This document shows positions 8,918-18,500 of a stretch of 64,000 bases of DNA, one piece after another; position 1 is the first letter of the stretch; each line of letters opens with the position of its first letter. Where the stretch lies: positions 448,001 to 512,000 of the forward strand of contig CM000430.1 of the NCBI GenBank assembly GCA_000165345.1, given 5' to 3'. Under the pieces are notes generated by a model that did no database searches, was not told the DNA's origin, and saw only the letters and a list, made by a program, of their open reading frames with translations. The position numbers were made by a program, and so were the translations under genes.

Positions 8918-10597
8918 TTAATTTGAAATATTACACGAAATAACAGTAATATCATCAACAGACGTATTATTTGTCGAATTTAACCAAAAGCCTTGACATT
9001 TTTTTACTGCTGAATCAAGCTCTTTTTGTATGCAGAGCTTGTTATAATCTATTCTTGCCTCATCTGAAAATTTAAGGAACCCGTCTGTCGCCAGAATAAC
9101 TTTCATTGAACTCCCTTTTTCTATTTTCATTTCCCATATCTCAGGCTTATTTGAAATCCCAACTACTCTTCCATCAGAGTCTCCTAGACTTCTTGTAATA
9201 GAGAAAAGTTGTGGCTTTTTTTCTTCAATACGATTTAAAGAAAATCTGTTATTTTCATTTATAGTGGCTCCATTACCTATTATTCTCTCTTTCTCAACAA
9301 TATTGCTTAAATCGTGCCTTGGGGTTGAATAAATCGTGTCACCTGTATTTGAATCTACAATAATTCCCCCTGAGCTCCCTAACTGTACCATAATTAACCT
9401 TTCGAAGCCAATTATTGCAAAAGTAACGCTTGTGCCAGAAGTTCCGAAAGAACCTTCTCTTTCTAAATAGCCTTGAATTCCCTCGAATATTTTCAAAATC
9501 GAAATAATAATTCTTTTTTGGTTAAGTTCTTCTAGTGAACCTAAATAATGATTATAAGTGATATCTGAAATTTGGCTATTTTCCTCAAATTTGAAAGGCC
9601 CACCCAAAAAGATACTTTGTATTCCCTTAATGATCTTTTGCCTTACAATTGCAGCAACTTTATGTCCATAACGCCCGTGCCCATCAAAAACTCCAATAAT
9701 TAAGGTATTATTAGCTAGCTTTACAATGCAAAAATCGTCTTGATTCACCATACTTTTATTTATTCTTTTGCCCTTAACACACGCAAAGCTAATTCCCATT
9801 TCTGTAAGATTATTCTTGGCCAATTCTTCGCACGGCCTCCAAATGCATTTCTTTCTAGAGAACACTTCATTATCGTCATTTGAGTAGTCTCCACAAACAT
9901 AAAGTTTGAATGAATCTTCATCTAGTTCTTTATTAGCGTGTTTATTATTTCTAGCTTTAACTTTCAAGGGTGGAAGAGACTCTCTACCTTGTAGTGAAAT
10001 ACCGGAAAATTTAATCATTTCTTTGTGAAATAATTCTAATTTTAATTTTAACATTTGGTTTTCTCCCTCTTTACATATAATTATTTCCTTCAATTCAGAT
10101 ATTTGTTTTTTTAATTCCCTGTTTTCTTCGTATATGCTTTTTTCGTTGCAAATTGCAGATTCTCCTATTTGTTTTGCTGAGTTTATTTCTTTGGAAATAG
10201 TTCCAAAGGAAAGTCCGAGATTTGAATTTCCATTTCTCTTTTCAATGCTTAAAAGTGAGTTAAGTTTTTGCCTTGAAAGCTCTTCTAGTGATCTTTCAGT
10301 GCTTAATTCAAGCCTTGAGCTTCGAATTTCCTTTAAATTTATATTCCCTCTTACAGGGCTAGGAGATCTGGAAATTCTCCCTGCTCTTCTATGGATAAAG
10401 CTTGCAAAATTAGTTATTTGAGATCCTGAACTGGAGTTTAATCTATTCCATCCGCTTATTGTTGCAGACTGTTTGCTTGGACCAATTATGTAGCTTGGAG
10501 ATGGAGCAGAATTTTTTGTAGACAAAGTCGATAGGTGGCCTCCTGATAATGCTAGCTTTCCTTTACAGGAAATATTCTGATTTGAAGAATTGTACAT
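8918..10597 (-). CDS. Protein phosphatase 2C (PPM family) with an N-terminal coiled-coil extension
   Basis: It carries PP2C motifs: GVFDGHGRYGHKVAAIV, the catalytic-core SITRSLGD, LILATDGFLKF and VDDITVI. The track start at 10603 is a GTG codon. The first ATG in frame is at 10597-10595 (MYNSSNQ...). Confidence 0.8.
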   Translation of the reverse strand: MYNSSNQNISCKGKLALSGGHLSTLSTKNSAPSPSYIIGPSKQSATISGWNRLNSSSGSQITNFASFIHRRAGRISRSPSPVRGNINLKEIRSSRLELSTERSLEELSRQKLNSLLSIEKRNGNSNLGLSFGTISKEINSAKQIGESAICNEKSIYEENRELKKQISELKEIIICKEGENQMLKLKLELFHKEMIKFSGISLQGRESLPPLKVKARNNKHANKELDEDSFKLYVCGDYSNDDNEVFSRKKCIWRPCEELAKNNLTEMGISFACVKGKRINKSMVNQDDFCIVKLANNTLIIGVFDGHGRYGHKVAAIVRQKIIKGIQSIFLGGPFKFEENSQISDITYNHYLGSLEELNQKRIIISILKIFEGIQGYLEREGSFGTSGTSVTFAIIGFERLIMVQLGSSGGIIVDSNTGDTIYSTPRHDLSNIVEKERIIGNGATINENNRFSLNRIEEKKPQLFSITRSLGDSDGRVVGISNKPEIWEMKIEKGSSMKVILATDGFLKFSDEARIDYNKLCIQKELDSAVKKCQGFWLNSTNNTSVDDITVISCNISN

Positions 10598-10796
10598 ATG
10601 CACTATTCAATTATTTGAGTAACTTAAAATAACATATTTCCCTTTTATAGTTGTCCTCATTGACTGAAATGACTTTTCACACAAGACAAAACGTTGGCCA
10701 GGCTAGTTATTAGACTAAAGAGGGGGGAGCTAAATTTAAACAATTAATAGATTTAAATATGATTAAATATTCTAAATTAATTATGATTAGTGCCAT

Positions 10797-11720
10797 TCAT
10801 ATTACATTTGAATCTCCGAAAGCTATGCCATATTTCTTTATTACTTCTCCTAAAAACCTTAATGAATAAGAAAATTTGACAAACTCCTCTATTGTTACCT
10901 TCAATCTAAAATCCATGAGTAGTAGCGCGTCTACCTCCAATCTAGATAATTCAGTCTCTGAAACACCTCCAACGTGTGCGTAATGAGTATTTGGTAAAAA
11001 CTTGTCGTCGTACAGCTTAACTGAAATGACTAAAGTTGCCAGCATAAGGCGATGCGCGCTTTTCGTGTCGAAAATATATGATGGATTATTGTCAATAATT
11101 CTTTTAATATAAATGAACATTAACACAAATAAAGATGGGCTACATAAGAAGTACTCAGAAAGCCTTGCAAAATAATCTTTAATAGAAATGGGAGGGTTAA
11201 TCTCTGAGTCAAACAAAGTACAAAATTCGCTATTGGCTTTTCTTGTAGGCAAGCACTGCAAAATAAGCATAATATCACTCATTGCCCTACCAAAGGAATA
11301 TCTGTCCATTAAAACTGAATCATGGATATTAATTGCTTTATTTTCAGAAGTATAGTTTTTGGGGAAAAGGTGTAATACATCCAAGAGATTAGATTCTTCG
11401 TTAACTTCTTTATCTTCAAAAACTTTATAATTTTCAACTATTTCGCTCAACCTTATCCTTTTTAGAATAGTGTAAGCATTATATTTAGCATCTATAATTC
11501 TTAGTAAAAAGTTTAAATCTCCAATTATTAAATCATCCAAAACACTGCATTTAGACTTTTTAAAACCATTCTCATCATTAACAATTATCCTTCTGCGCAT
11601 TAATTGATTGGGATATAAATTGGCTTCACCGGGAAAATGCAGGTAGTTTTTTATTTCAGGGACTGATTCTCCTAGAATTTTACTATTGGGGTTAGTACTA
11701 ACTTCAGAGTCGCCTTTCAT
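10797..11720 (-). CDS. PHO80-like / U-type cyclin (cyclin-domain protein)
   Basis: 307 aa. The cyclin-N fold segment is FVLMFIYIKRIIDNNPSYIFDTKSAHRLMLATLVISVKLYDDKFLPNTHYAHVGGVSETELSRLEVDALLLMDFRL, which is typical of the Pho80/PCL cyclin family. Confidence 0.65.
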   Translation of the reverse strand: MKGDSEVSTNPNSKILGESVPEIKNYLHFPGEANLYPNQLMRRRIIVNDENGFKKSKCSVLDDLIIGDLNFLLRIIDAKYNAYTILKRIRLSEIVENYKVFEDKEVNEESNLLDVLHLFPKNYTSENKAINIHDSVLMDRYSFGRAMSDIMLILQCLPTRKANSEFCTLFDSEINPPISIKDYFARLSEYFLCSPSLFVLMFIYIKRIIDNNPSYIFDTKSAHRLMLATLVISVKLYDDKFLPNTHYAHVGGVSETELSRLEVDALLLMDFRLKVTIEEFVKFSYSLRFLGEVIKKYGIAFGDSNVI

Positions 11721-11859
11721 ATTTCCGATAAATATTATTCATTCAATTAAAAAATATTTCTCGAATAAATAGCTTAGATCATATCCACAAAAATCTCAGC
11801 TAATCTAATCATTCCAATTAATCAGCAAGCTTTGATTAAATGTTAGAAAAATTAAGACT

Positions 11860-11874
11860 GCTCGCGCGAAAATT
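11860..11874. promoter_or_regulatory. E2F-like GCTCGCGCGAAAATT element in a divergent promoter
   Basis: It has a TTTCGCGCGAGC/GCGCGAAA core (E2F consensus TTTSSCGC). It sits in the 496-bp spacer between the divergent cyclin gene (start 11720, minus strand) and the glutamate 5-kinase gene (start 12217, plus strand). Confidence 0.3.
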
Positions 11875-12216
11875 CGGCATATAAAAATCTAGCGTACTTG
11901 TTTTAGAAAAAAGAAATTAGCAGTTCATACAACAATTTTTACTGCCTTAAGTTCCCCCCTATGCATTTTTGTTAGATCTCAGCTTAATTTAACATTAGTA
12001 TCAAATAGCTAAATTCCACATAGTAGCATTGAACACCTTTGCGGCGATATTATCGAAATTAAATTGTTGATTATTTAACTTTTAATCGTGGTAATTAATT
12101 AATAAAATCCCTATGTGGAAGATGGGTGCATTTTTTTTTTTTTTTTTGCGAATGTGGAAATAAATATTTTCTCAATTTTCAATAAACTAACTTTAATATA
12201 AACTAAGCTCAAATCC

Positions 12217-13680
12217 ATGGTTAAATTTGGTGCATACATTATAGAGAACAATGATAATGGACCACAATTAATAAGAAGAGAAAAGTCTGGGCCATTGATT
12301 GTCTTAAAGGTTGGAACATCAACTTTAACAAATAGCAGGACAGGCAAACTTTCGGTTTCAAATATCGGTGCGTTGGTGGAAACAGTATGTGATTTAATGG
12401 ATAAGGGATGCAGAGTTGTATTAGTGTCTTCCGGAGCTGTTGGAGCTGGATTGCTTCACATGAATATCAGAGAAAAACCAAATAAGCTTCACCTGAAACA
12501 TGCAATAGCTGCTATTGGCCAGCCACTACTAATGAGAGTTTATGAAGACTTTTTTTCTATGAGAGGCGCTAAGGTTGCTCAATTACTAATGACTAGATCA
12601 GACTTTGTCAACAAAGATAGATTTATTGACTTTAAGAACACACTATTGGATTTGATACATTGGAACGTTGTCCCAATAATAAATGAAAATGACTCTGTAA
12701 CAACTATTGATCTTCATTTCGGCGATAATGATACACTAGCAGCTTACTGTGCAATTGCAATATCAGCAGATTGGTTAATATTGGCTACTGATGTTGATGC
12801 GCTTTTTACAAAAAATCCTCGACTTCATAGAGATGCTGTTCCAATACTAAAAGTAAACAATATTGATTCAATTATTCATATGGAAAATGACGTTTCAGAT
12901 GAAAATTGTGGCACTAATTTTGGAACTGGAGGCATGAGAACTAAGATTTTTGCTGCGAGGATTGCGGCTGCAGCCGGAATTTCAACATTTTTAGTGAATG
13001 GGTCGCACCCCAACAGACTATTGCAACTAGTAGACTCAATAGATTTTAAACTGAATAAGGCTCATAATAACAATGCAATAAGTTCGTATTATAGTTCTAC
13101 TAGTGAAGCCAATGATTTAGAAAATGTTAGTCTGTGTGAAAGCTTGGATATGAATTCTAGTAGCATGGAAAGCCTTGCTGATACAAAAACATGTTTCGAG
13201 CATTCCTACTCCTCTATAGTTGGTAACTTTATCGAGGAAACCCCAGAATCAACACAAGTAGATAATGGCATAATTACATGTGCTTTGGAAGAACTATATC
13301 AAGGAGAATACATTGGTACTATTTTTGCTAGGCAGGCTCTAACTCAATCTATGAAAAATCATAAAAGGTGGATAATGAGCCTACCTATTTCTGGGAAAAT
13401 ATTTCTTGATAAAGGAGCTATCAAATCTGTTACTGCCGACTCAAAATCCCTTTTTTCTGTGGGAATTGTCAACGTGAAGGGTAAATTTGAAACAGGAGAT
13501 GTTGTTTCCATTATTTGCGACGGAGACAATGATGAAAGAGAAATTGCAAGATGTGTTTCCAATTTTAATTCTGAACTACTTAAGAAAATAATGGGTAAAA
13601 AGTCTTGTGAATTAAATGAGTTGTTAGGATTAAATTCTCAAGGAATTGTTTCCGATAGGGCAAATATAATAAAACTATAA
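12217..13680 (+). CDS. proB: Glutamate 5-kinase (ProB-type, monofunctional) with a C-terminal PUA domain
   Basis: The N-terminus has the amino-acid-kinase fold (LIVLKVGTSTLT..., VVLVSSGAVGAG, NENDSVTTIDLHFGDNDTLAAYCAIAISADWLILATDVDALFTKNP, GTNFGTGGMRTKIFAARIAAAAGISTFLVNGSHP). The C-terminus has a PUA domain (GKIFLDKGAIKSVTADSKSLFSVGIVNVKGKFETGDVVSIICDGDNDEREIARC). About 95 aa of low-complexity insert separates the two domains. Confidence 0.8.
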   Translation: MVKFGAYIIENNDNGPQLIRREKSGPLIVLKVGTSTLTNSRTGKLSVSNIGALVETVCDLMDKGCRVVLVSSGAVGAGLLHMNIREKPNKLHLKHAIAAIGQPLLMRVYEDFFSMRGAKVAQLLMTRSDFVNKDRFIDFKNTLLDLIHWNVVPIINENDSVTTIDLHFGDNDTLAAYCAIAISADWLILATDVDALFTKNPRLHRDAVPILKVNNIDSIIHMENDVSDENCGTNFGTGGMRTKIFAARIAAAAGISTFLVNGSHPNRLLQLVDSIDFKLNKAHNNNAISSYYSSTSEANDLENVSLCESLDMNSSSMESLADTKTCFEHSYSSIVGNFIEETPESTQVDNGIITCALEELYQGEYIGTIFARQALTQSMKNHKRWIMSLPISGKIFLDKGAIKSVTADSKSLFSVGIVNVKGKFETGDVVSIICDGDNDEREIARCVSNFNSELLKKIMGKKSCELNELLGLNSQGIVSDRANIIKL

Positions 13681-13789
13681 CCAATTTAATAAAACTTTCC
13701 AGTTGCTATAAGCATTATTTAGGTGCGTATAGGGGTGTGTGTATGTGTGCTGAAATAAATTTATAATTGTATCATTTAAAAGCTAAAAA

Positions 13790-15424
13790 ATGGACTTTTT
13801 AAATTTTCCAAAATTCTTGTTTGGAAACATATATGAAAGTATATATGAATGTTGTGTAGTGAATGAGCGTAAACAAGAAAAAAAAGTTCAGCAGCAAAAA
13901 AAGCTAAAATTTAATAACTTAAATATATTATTTTACAATCAAAAAGACTTTCATGCAAACAAATATTCTTTAAGAGGATGCATGACTTCCAGAAACAACT
14001 ATAATTTTCAAAAAAGTGAAGAGTTTTTTACGTATAGAAAACCATACAATGAATCAAAGCTAGCTGCTTTTGAATATACAATTCCTATTGAAAAAACCCA
14101 CAGACAGCCCGTTGAAGATTATAATTCAAATTGTTGGTTAAGTCAGAAAAAAAAATCTGGATTCAAAATTAATATAATTCCATCTAGTAAAACGCAAATA
14201 ACTCCTTCTATTAATGTCCAAAAGGTAGTAAAGAATGAAAATGAATCTGAAAAAAAAAACTCTAAAAGTCAAATTAATGGAGCGAAATACATCATTCCCA
14301 TGCTTGATCTCAATTTTACTGAAAAAAGAAATAGCGAGTTAATGACATATAGAGAACATTTTTCTGCATCGAATAATAAACAGATTTCACCGATTCTAAG
14401 TAACTTTAAAGATAAAACACTTGAAGGTGGTAGAAAGTTGCAAAATGAATGGATCAATGTAAATATGCTTCTTTTATCTGCATACCATGATCGTACTATA
14501 CAAAGCACTAAAGCAAAAATCGAGATGTTAACATTTTATGCAATTGAAATTTGTTTTAAAAAAATAGATTCCAAGCTCCACATAATCGAAGAAGGCAGTT
14601 TTGGAAGGGTTTACAAGGGTAGGTATAATAACTGTGATGTCGCAGTTAAGGTACCAAATCTGGATACAATGAAATCAGACCCATTTGGAGTTACTGAAAG
14701 AATCTTAAGAGAATGGAAACTACTAGCAAAAATTAACCATCCTAATATTATTGGTTTCAAAGGTGGTATAATATTGCCTAACAAGCATATTTGGTTAATA
14801 ACAGAATTTATACAAGGCTGCGACCTACATTCACTAAAGTATAAGTTTAAGTATGAGATTCCAAAAGAAAAGGCCATAAAAATGATTAAGCAACTAATTA
14901 AAGCCTTAGACTTCCTACACACACCAACAAGGGAAAAGGGAATAATCATCCACAGGGATATTAAACCAGAAAATATTATTATTGATAATAATAATTGGAA
15001 TATTTATTTGTGCGATTTTGGAGATGCAGAAGAATTTGGCTCAGGAAACAAAAGGAGACTATCAGGTGCAACATGGCTTTATTCTCCAATAGAATTATTA
15101 AATGCAGATCCAATAGGAAATCATATATCAATACAAAGCGTTTCTCAATATAACGAGAAGTGGGATATTTGGTCGCTGGGATGTGTAATACAGGAATTTT
15201 TTGGAAATTCAAATCCTTTTGAGTATATTGTAGATTTTGCAGATAATTCTAACCAGATTTACTCAAAACTAGTGAAAGCTGTGAGAGAAAATAAGTACAT
15301 CCCCAATATACCCACAAATATCCACCCTCGAATCAGAAAGGTGATAGAGATGTGTCTTCAGCCAGATCCTCGTCTTAGACCTAGCGCAAAAGTTATATTA
15401 AAAATAATAGATAACGTTTTTTAA
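13790..15424 (+). CDS. Ser/Thr protein kinase with a long N-terminal low-complexity region
   Basis: The kinase subdomains are present: GSFGRVYKG...VAVKV, HPNIIGF, HRDIKPENIII, DFGDAEEF and DIWSLGCVIQEFFG. Confidence 0.8.
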   Translation: MDFLNFPKFLFGNIYESIYECCVVNERKQEKKVQQQKKLKFNNLNILFYNQKDFHANKYSLRGCMTSRNNYNFQKSEEFFTYRKPYNESKLAAFEYTIPIEKTHRQPVEDYNSNCWLSQKKKSGFKINIIPSSKTQITPSINVQKVVKNENESEKKNSKSQINGAKYIIPMLDLNFTEKRNSELMTYREHFSASNNKQISPILSNFKDKTLEGGRKLQNEWINVNMLLLSAYHDRTIQSTKAKIEMLTFYAIEICFKKIDSKLHIIEEGSFGRVYKGRYNNCDVAVKVPNLDTMKSDPFGVTERILREWKLLAKINHPNIIGFKGGIILPNKHIWLITEFIQGCDLHSLKYKFKYEIPKEKAIKMIKQLIKALDFLHTPTREKGIIIHRDIKPENIIIDNNNWNIYLCDFGDAEEFGSGNKRRLSGATWLYSPIELLNADPIGNHISIQSVSQYNEKWDIWSLGCVIQEFFGNSNPFEYIVDFADNSNQIYSKLVKAVRENKYIPNIPTNIHPRIRKVIEMCLQPDPRLRPSAKVILKIIDNVF

Positions 15425-15493
15425 ATTTTTTTTTTTTCATTAGCTATTTACAATTATGAAACCCTTGCGTTTATATTTTAATTTGAAATAGAT

Positions 15494-15540
15494 TTGTTGG
15501 CGGCTTAGATCAAAGTACCGTAATGCGCATGCATCACGTG
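15494..15540. promoter_or_regulatory. Candidate upstream promoter motifs: an E2F-like TTGGCGGC element and a GCGCATGCATCACGTG (GCATGC core plus CACGTG E-box/G-box) element
   Basis: The TTGGCGGC element is at about 15494-15504 (ttgttggcggc). The GCATGC/CACGTG element is at 15525-15540 (gcgcatgcatcacgtg). Both lie about 50-90 bp upstream of the ferlin ATG (15587). GCATGC-type and E2F-type motifs are over-represented upstream of apicomplexan genes. Confidence 0.3.
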
Positions 15541-15586
15541 GATGAATTATTTAAAAAAATATTATAATTAAATTTTTCTAATATAA

Positions 15587-18500
15587 ATGGTTAGAAACGT
15601 GAGATCGAAATATGTTGTTGGATTTACTATTCATGCTGGGAAGGGGTTTATTACTCCGAATCAAAGCCCAATAAACCCATTAGTTGTAGTAAGATGTTGC
15701 GGAAGAGAATACAGGAGCAAAATTAAGTACAATAAGTTAATTGCGACTCAATGGGATGAATCCCATTCATGGAACGATATATTTTTGACTGATTCTGAAT
15801 GGGAAATGTCATTTATTACTTTTGAGGTACAATCTGCCAATTCATTTTGGAAAAATGATGTAATTGGACAATGTTCAATACAATTAAAAACACTTAAACA
15901 GAGAAAAAATCACTTTTTAAAAAGGCATTTCAACATTACTGAGCTTAATGATACTTTTCCAAAAGGATTGCTTTATTTAACAGTATATGCATGCGGTCCG
16001 AATGATACTCCCCCGACAAGCGATATACTGGAATTAATGAATGCAGAAGAAGATAACTTTCAGAATAATCAAGTTGATTTCCTAAATCAAATTGTAGGAG
16101 CTCACGAAATGAAAAAAGAGTTCTCAACTTTAGAAAGAGAAAAGCAGATGTATAATTTATATGTAACAATTTATAGGGTTGAAGATTTATTATTCAAAAA
16201 AGGGCTAAGAGACCCTTTTATAACAGTAGAGTTTAGTGGTTGTAGTATGCAATCATCAATTGCTCGCGGTGTACTAGATCATAATTTTAATGAGTGCTTT
16301 AGATTTCCTGTTGTTGTACCAATCGTTGAGGACATAATAATATTAAAATTATGGGATAATTCAACAAAACCCCCAGCAATCATTACGCAAGGAAAGTTTT
16401 CATTTGCGAGAGTTAGATCTACAACAATCCCTGTAAGATGGTATAACTTTTATGGAAATTCTGCACTAAATATAGAACTTGGGAATAAATATTCGAACGA
16501 TATTTTCTTTACAGAAAATGTTTCTTCCCAAAGCGATATTTATTTAGGGAGAATACTTATTTCCATAAAAACAGAGCTATTAAGAAATAAAGATCAATTA
16601 ATGCCGGCTCAAGTGATAGCTGCTCAGCCGCTTGATGAGCTTTTTACTCAGCCATGCAATATAATCGCAGATGTATACTCAATTAAAGGCATTTTTGGAA
16701 GAAATGCATGCGTAGAGGTTTCGGTTGGGCCAAATAAACAGAGAACTGAATTTGTTTCGCGTGAGGTCGAAGGACAAAATTATGATAACTGTAAAAACAA
16801 TATAGTTAACAAATCAAAAAAACAACAAAGTATGGATAATTTTGTCTATGGGTCAACACAAGGTAGGGTTCCAAATATTGAAATTGAGTCTCAATCAAAG
16901 GAAGAATTTACTTGGGATATAATCATATCAGTTTATACTCACACTAATTCAAATGTTAATAAGGTGGATGCTCAAGGAATATTGAGTAGTAGTGAGCTGG
17001 CTCATGGTTCCAAAAGAGTTGCATATTGTCGATTAAAAATAATCGACATACCGCATTACATCGAAAATAAGCCACTACCACCTATTTGGATTCCATTAAA
17101 ACAAACAAGAGATGGTTGGATAGATATGATAGATAACAAGGAAAGAAGTTACAATAATAGATTTGAACCTTTATCAGAGACCGAAAACGAAAAAAATATT
17201 GAAACTAATAATATACAAGAAATTGACTTGTATAGTATTGGCTCAAGCGCTATCTTGATCTCAATTTCTAAGCAATTTGCTTCATCAGTAAAGCGTACAA
17301 AGAGGCACACAATAAAGTGTATAGATTATGAGTTAAGATGTTATTTGTATGCTTGCAGAAATCTTAATGAAACAGGAAAAGATAGGACAAATCCCTATAT
17401 AGTAGTTTCATGCAATGGAGTCTATACAACATCTTCTGTTAAAGTTAATACAAATAATCCAACATTTTTAGAATGCTTATTTTTGAGAGTGAAAATAGAA
17501 TCTGATCCTTTAACATCTTTTCCAACTGTTGCGCCCATCACAATAAGTGTATTTTCAAGACATAGTTGGGGAAAAAGATTTATCGGATTATGTACCTGTA
17601 TATATGACAGAATTAATGGAAGGAATAAAAATAATGAGCCTATTAGTACCTTAGAGCCATTTTGGATTAAATTAAAAGGTGGTGCAAGGTTGAACAATCA
17701 TGTCGGCGATATTTTACTTTGTATTGATATTGTTAAACTGTGCGATTCAAAAATGGTGCCACCACAACCTTTATTTCCAGAATTAAAAAGGGTACAAATG
17801 ATAGTTACTACTACTCTTCTTCAAGATTTATTTATGATGACTGAAGAAGATATTCAATATAATATTAAGTCAAAGCTTTCTCAGGATGAAGATTTATCAC
17901 TCTTAAACCAAGGAATAATAGGTTCAAAGATTGAAAGATATAGAATTTTAAAGGAGATGAATGGTAATTTTTTTCTTGAAAATCATGAAAGGGGAAATGT
18001 ATATTCAACAGAAATAAAAAACCCAGTTATTGAGTTCACTGTAAGCGCTTTTGGAAGAGTTGATGCTACCACAGAAGGATCTGAAAATGTTGGTGATAAG
18101 CTACTAAAAAATTCAGAGGGTAGAACAAAATCATCTAGTAGTATTCCAACATATAGGCAGATTGTACAGTGGAAGTCTATAACATCCGCTGGGGCAAAGG
18201 AATTTTTCAATAAATCTTGGAAAACTTTAAGAGGGTACAACTTCGAATTCTTCAAGACAATCTCTCTAGATATTTTTTTACCGTTATCACCATTATTTGA
18301 TCCAAGACTCACAATAAGAATCTTTGAAGGGTTAGTAGATGATTCTAAACTAGTTGGCGAGTTTGTTATATCTTTAGTTTCGTTTCTACCTTGGATACCT
18401 GATGTTGATTCTGCTCACGAGTGGATTTCTTCAAAGCATGATTTTTCTAATAACATAGATATTGCAAAAATAACAAATGTATTATCAAAAGGATCTAAAA

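Noticed and set aside
8918-10603. Track start codons taken at face value (PP2C 10603, MetAP2 48401, POLE2 52474, 51105..52010 gene, RER1 fragment 4993, STN1 fragment 35095, IMPACT 44506, TRM112 fragment 45689, 46609..47142 ORF)
   Set aside because: These 'M' residues are TTG or GTG codons in the sequence. I re-assigned starts to the first in-frame ATG or to upstream exons where the protein alignment supports it.
12120-12140. Poly(T) tract (17 T) as a terminator
   Set aside because: Eukaryotic Pol II genes do not use T-run terminators. It lies in a divergent promoter and is more plausibly a nucleosome-excluding poly(dA:dT) promoter element.
13681-13790. GT-rich tract (ggtgcgtataggggtgtgtgtatgtgtgctg) as a possible repeat or telomere-like element
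   Set aside because: It is a single short degenerate GT run in a 3' UTR or promoter spacer. There is no tandem array and no TTTAGG-type telomeric repeat anywhere in the window.
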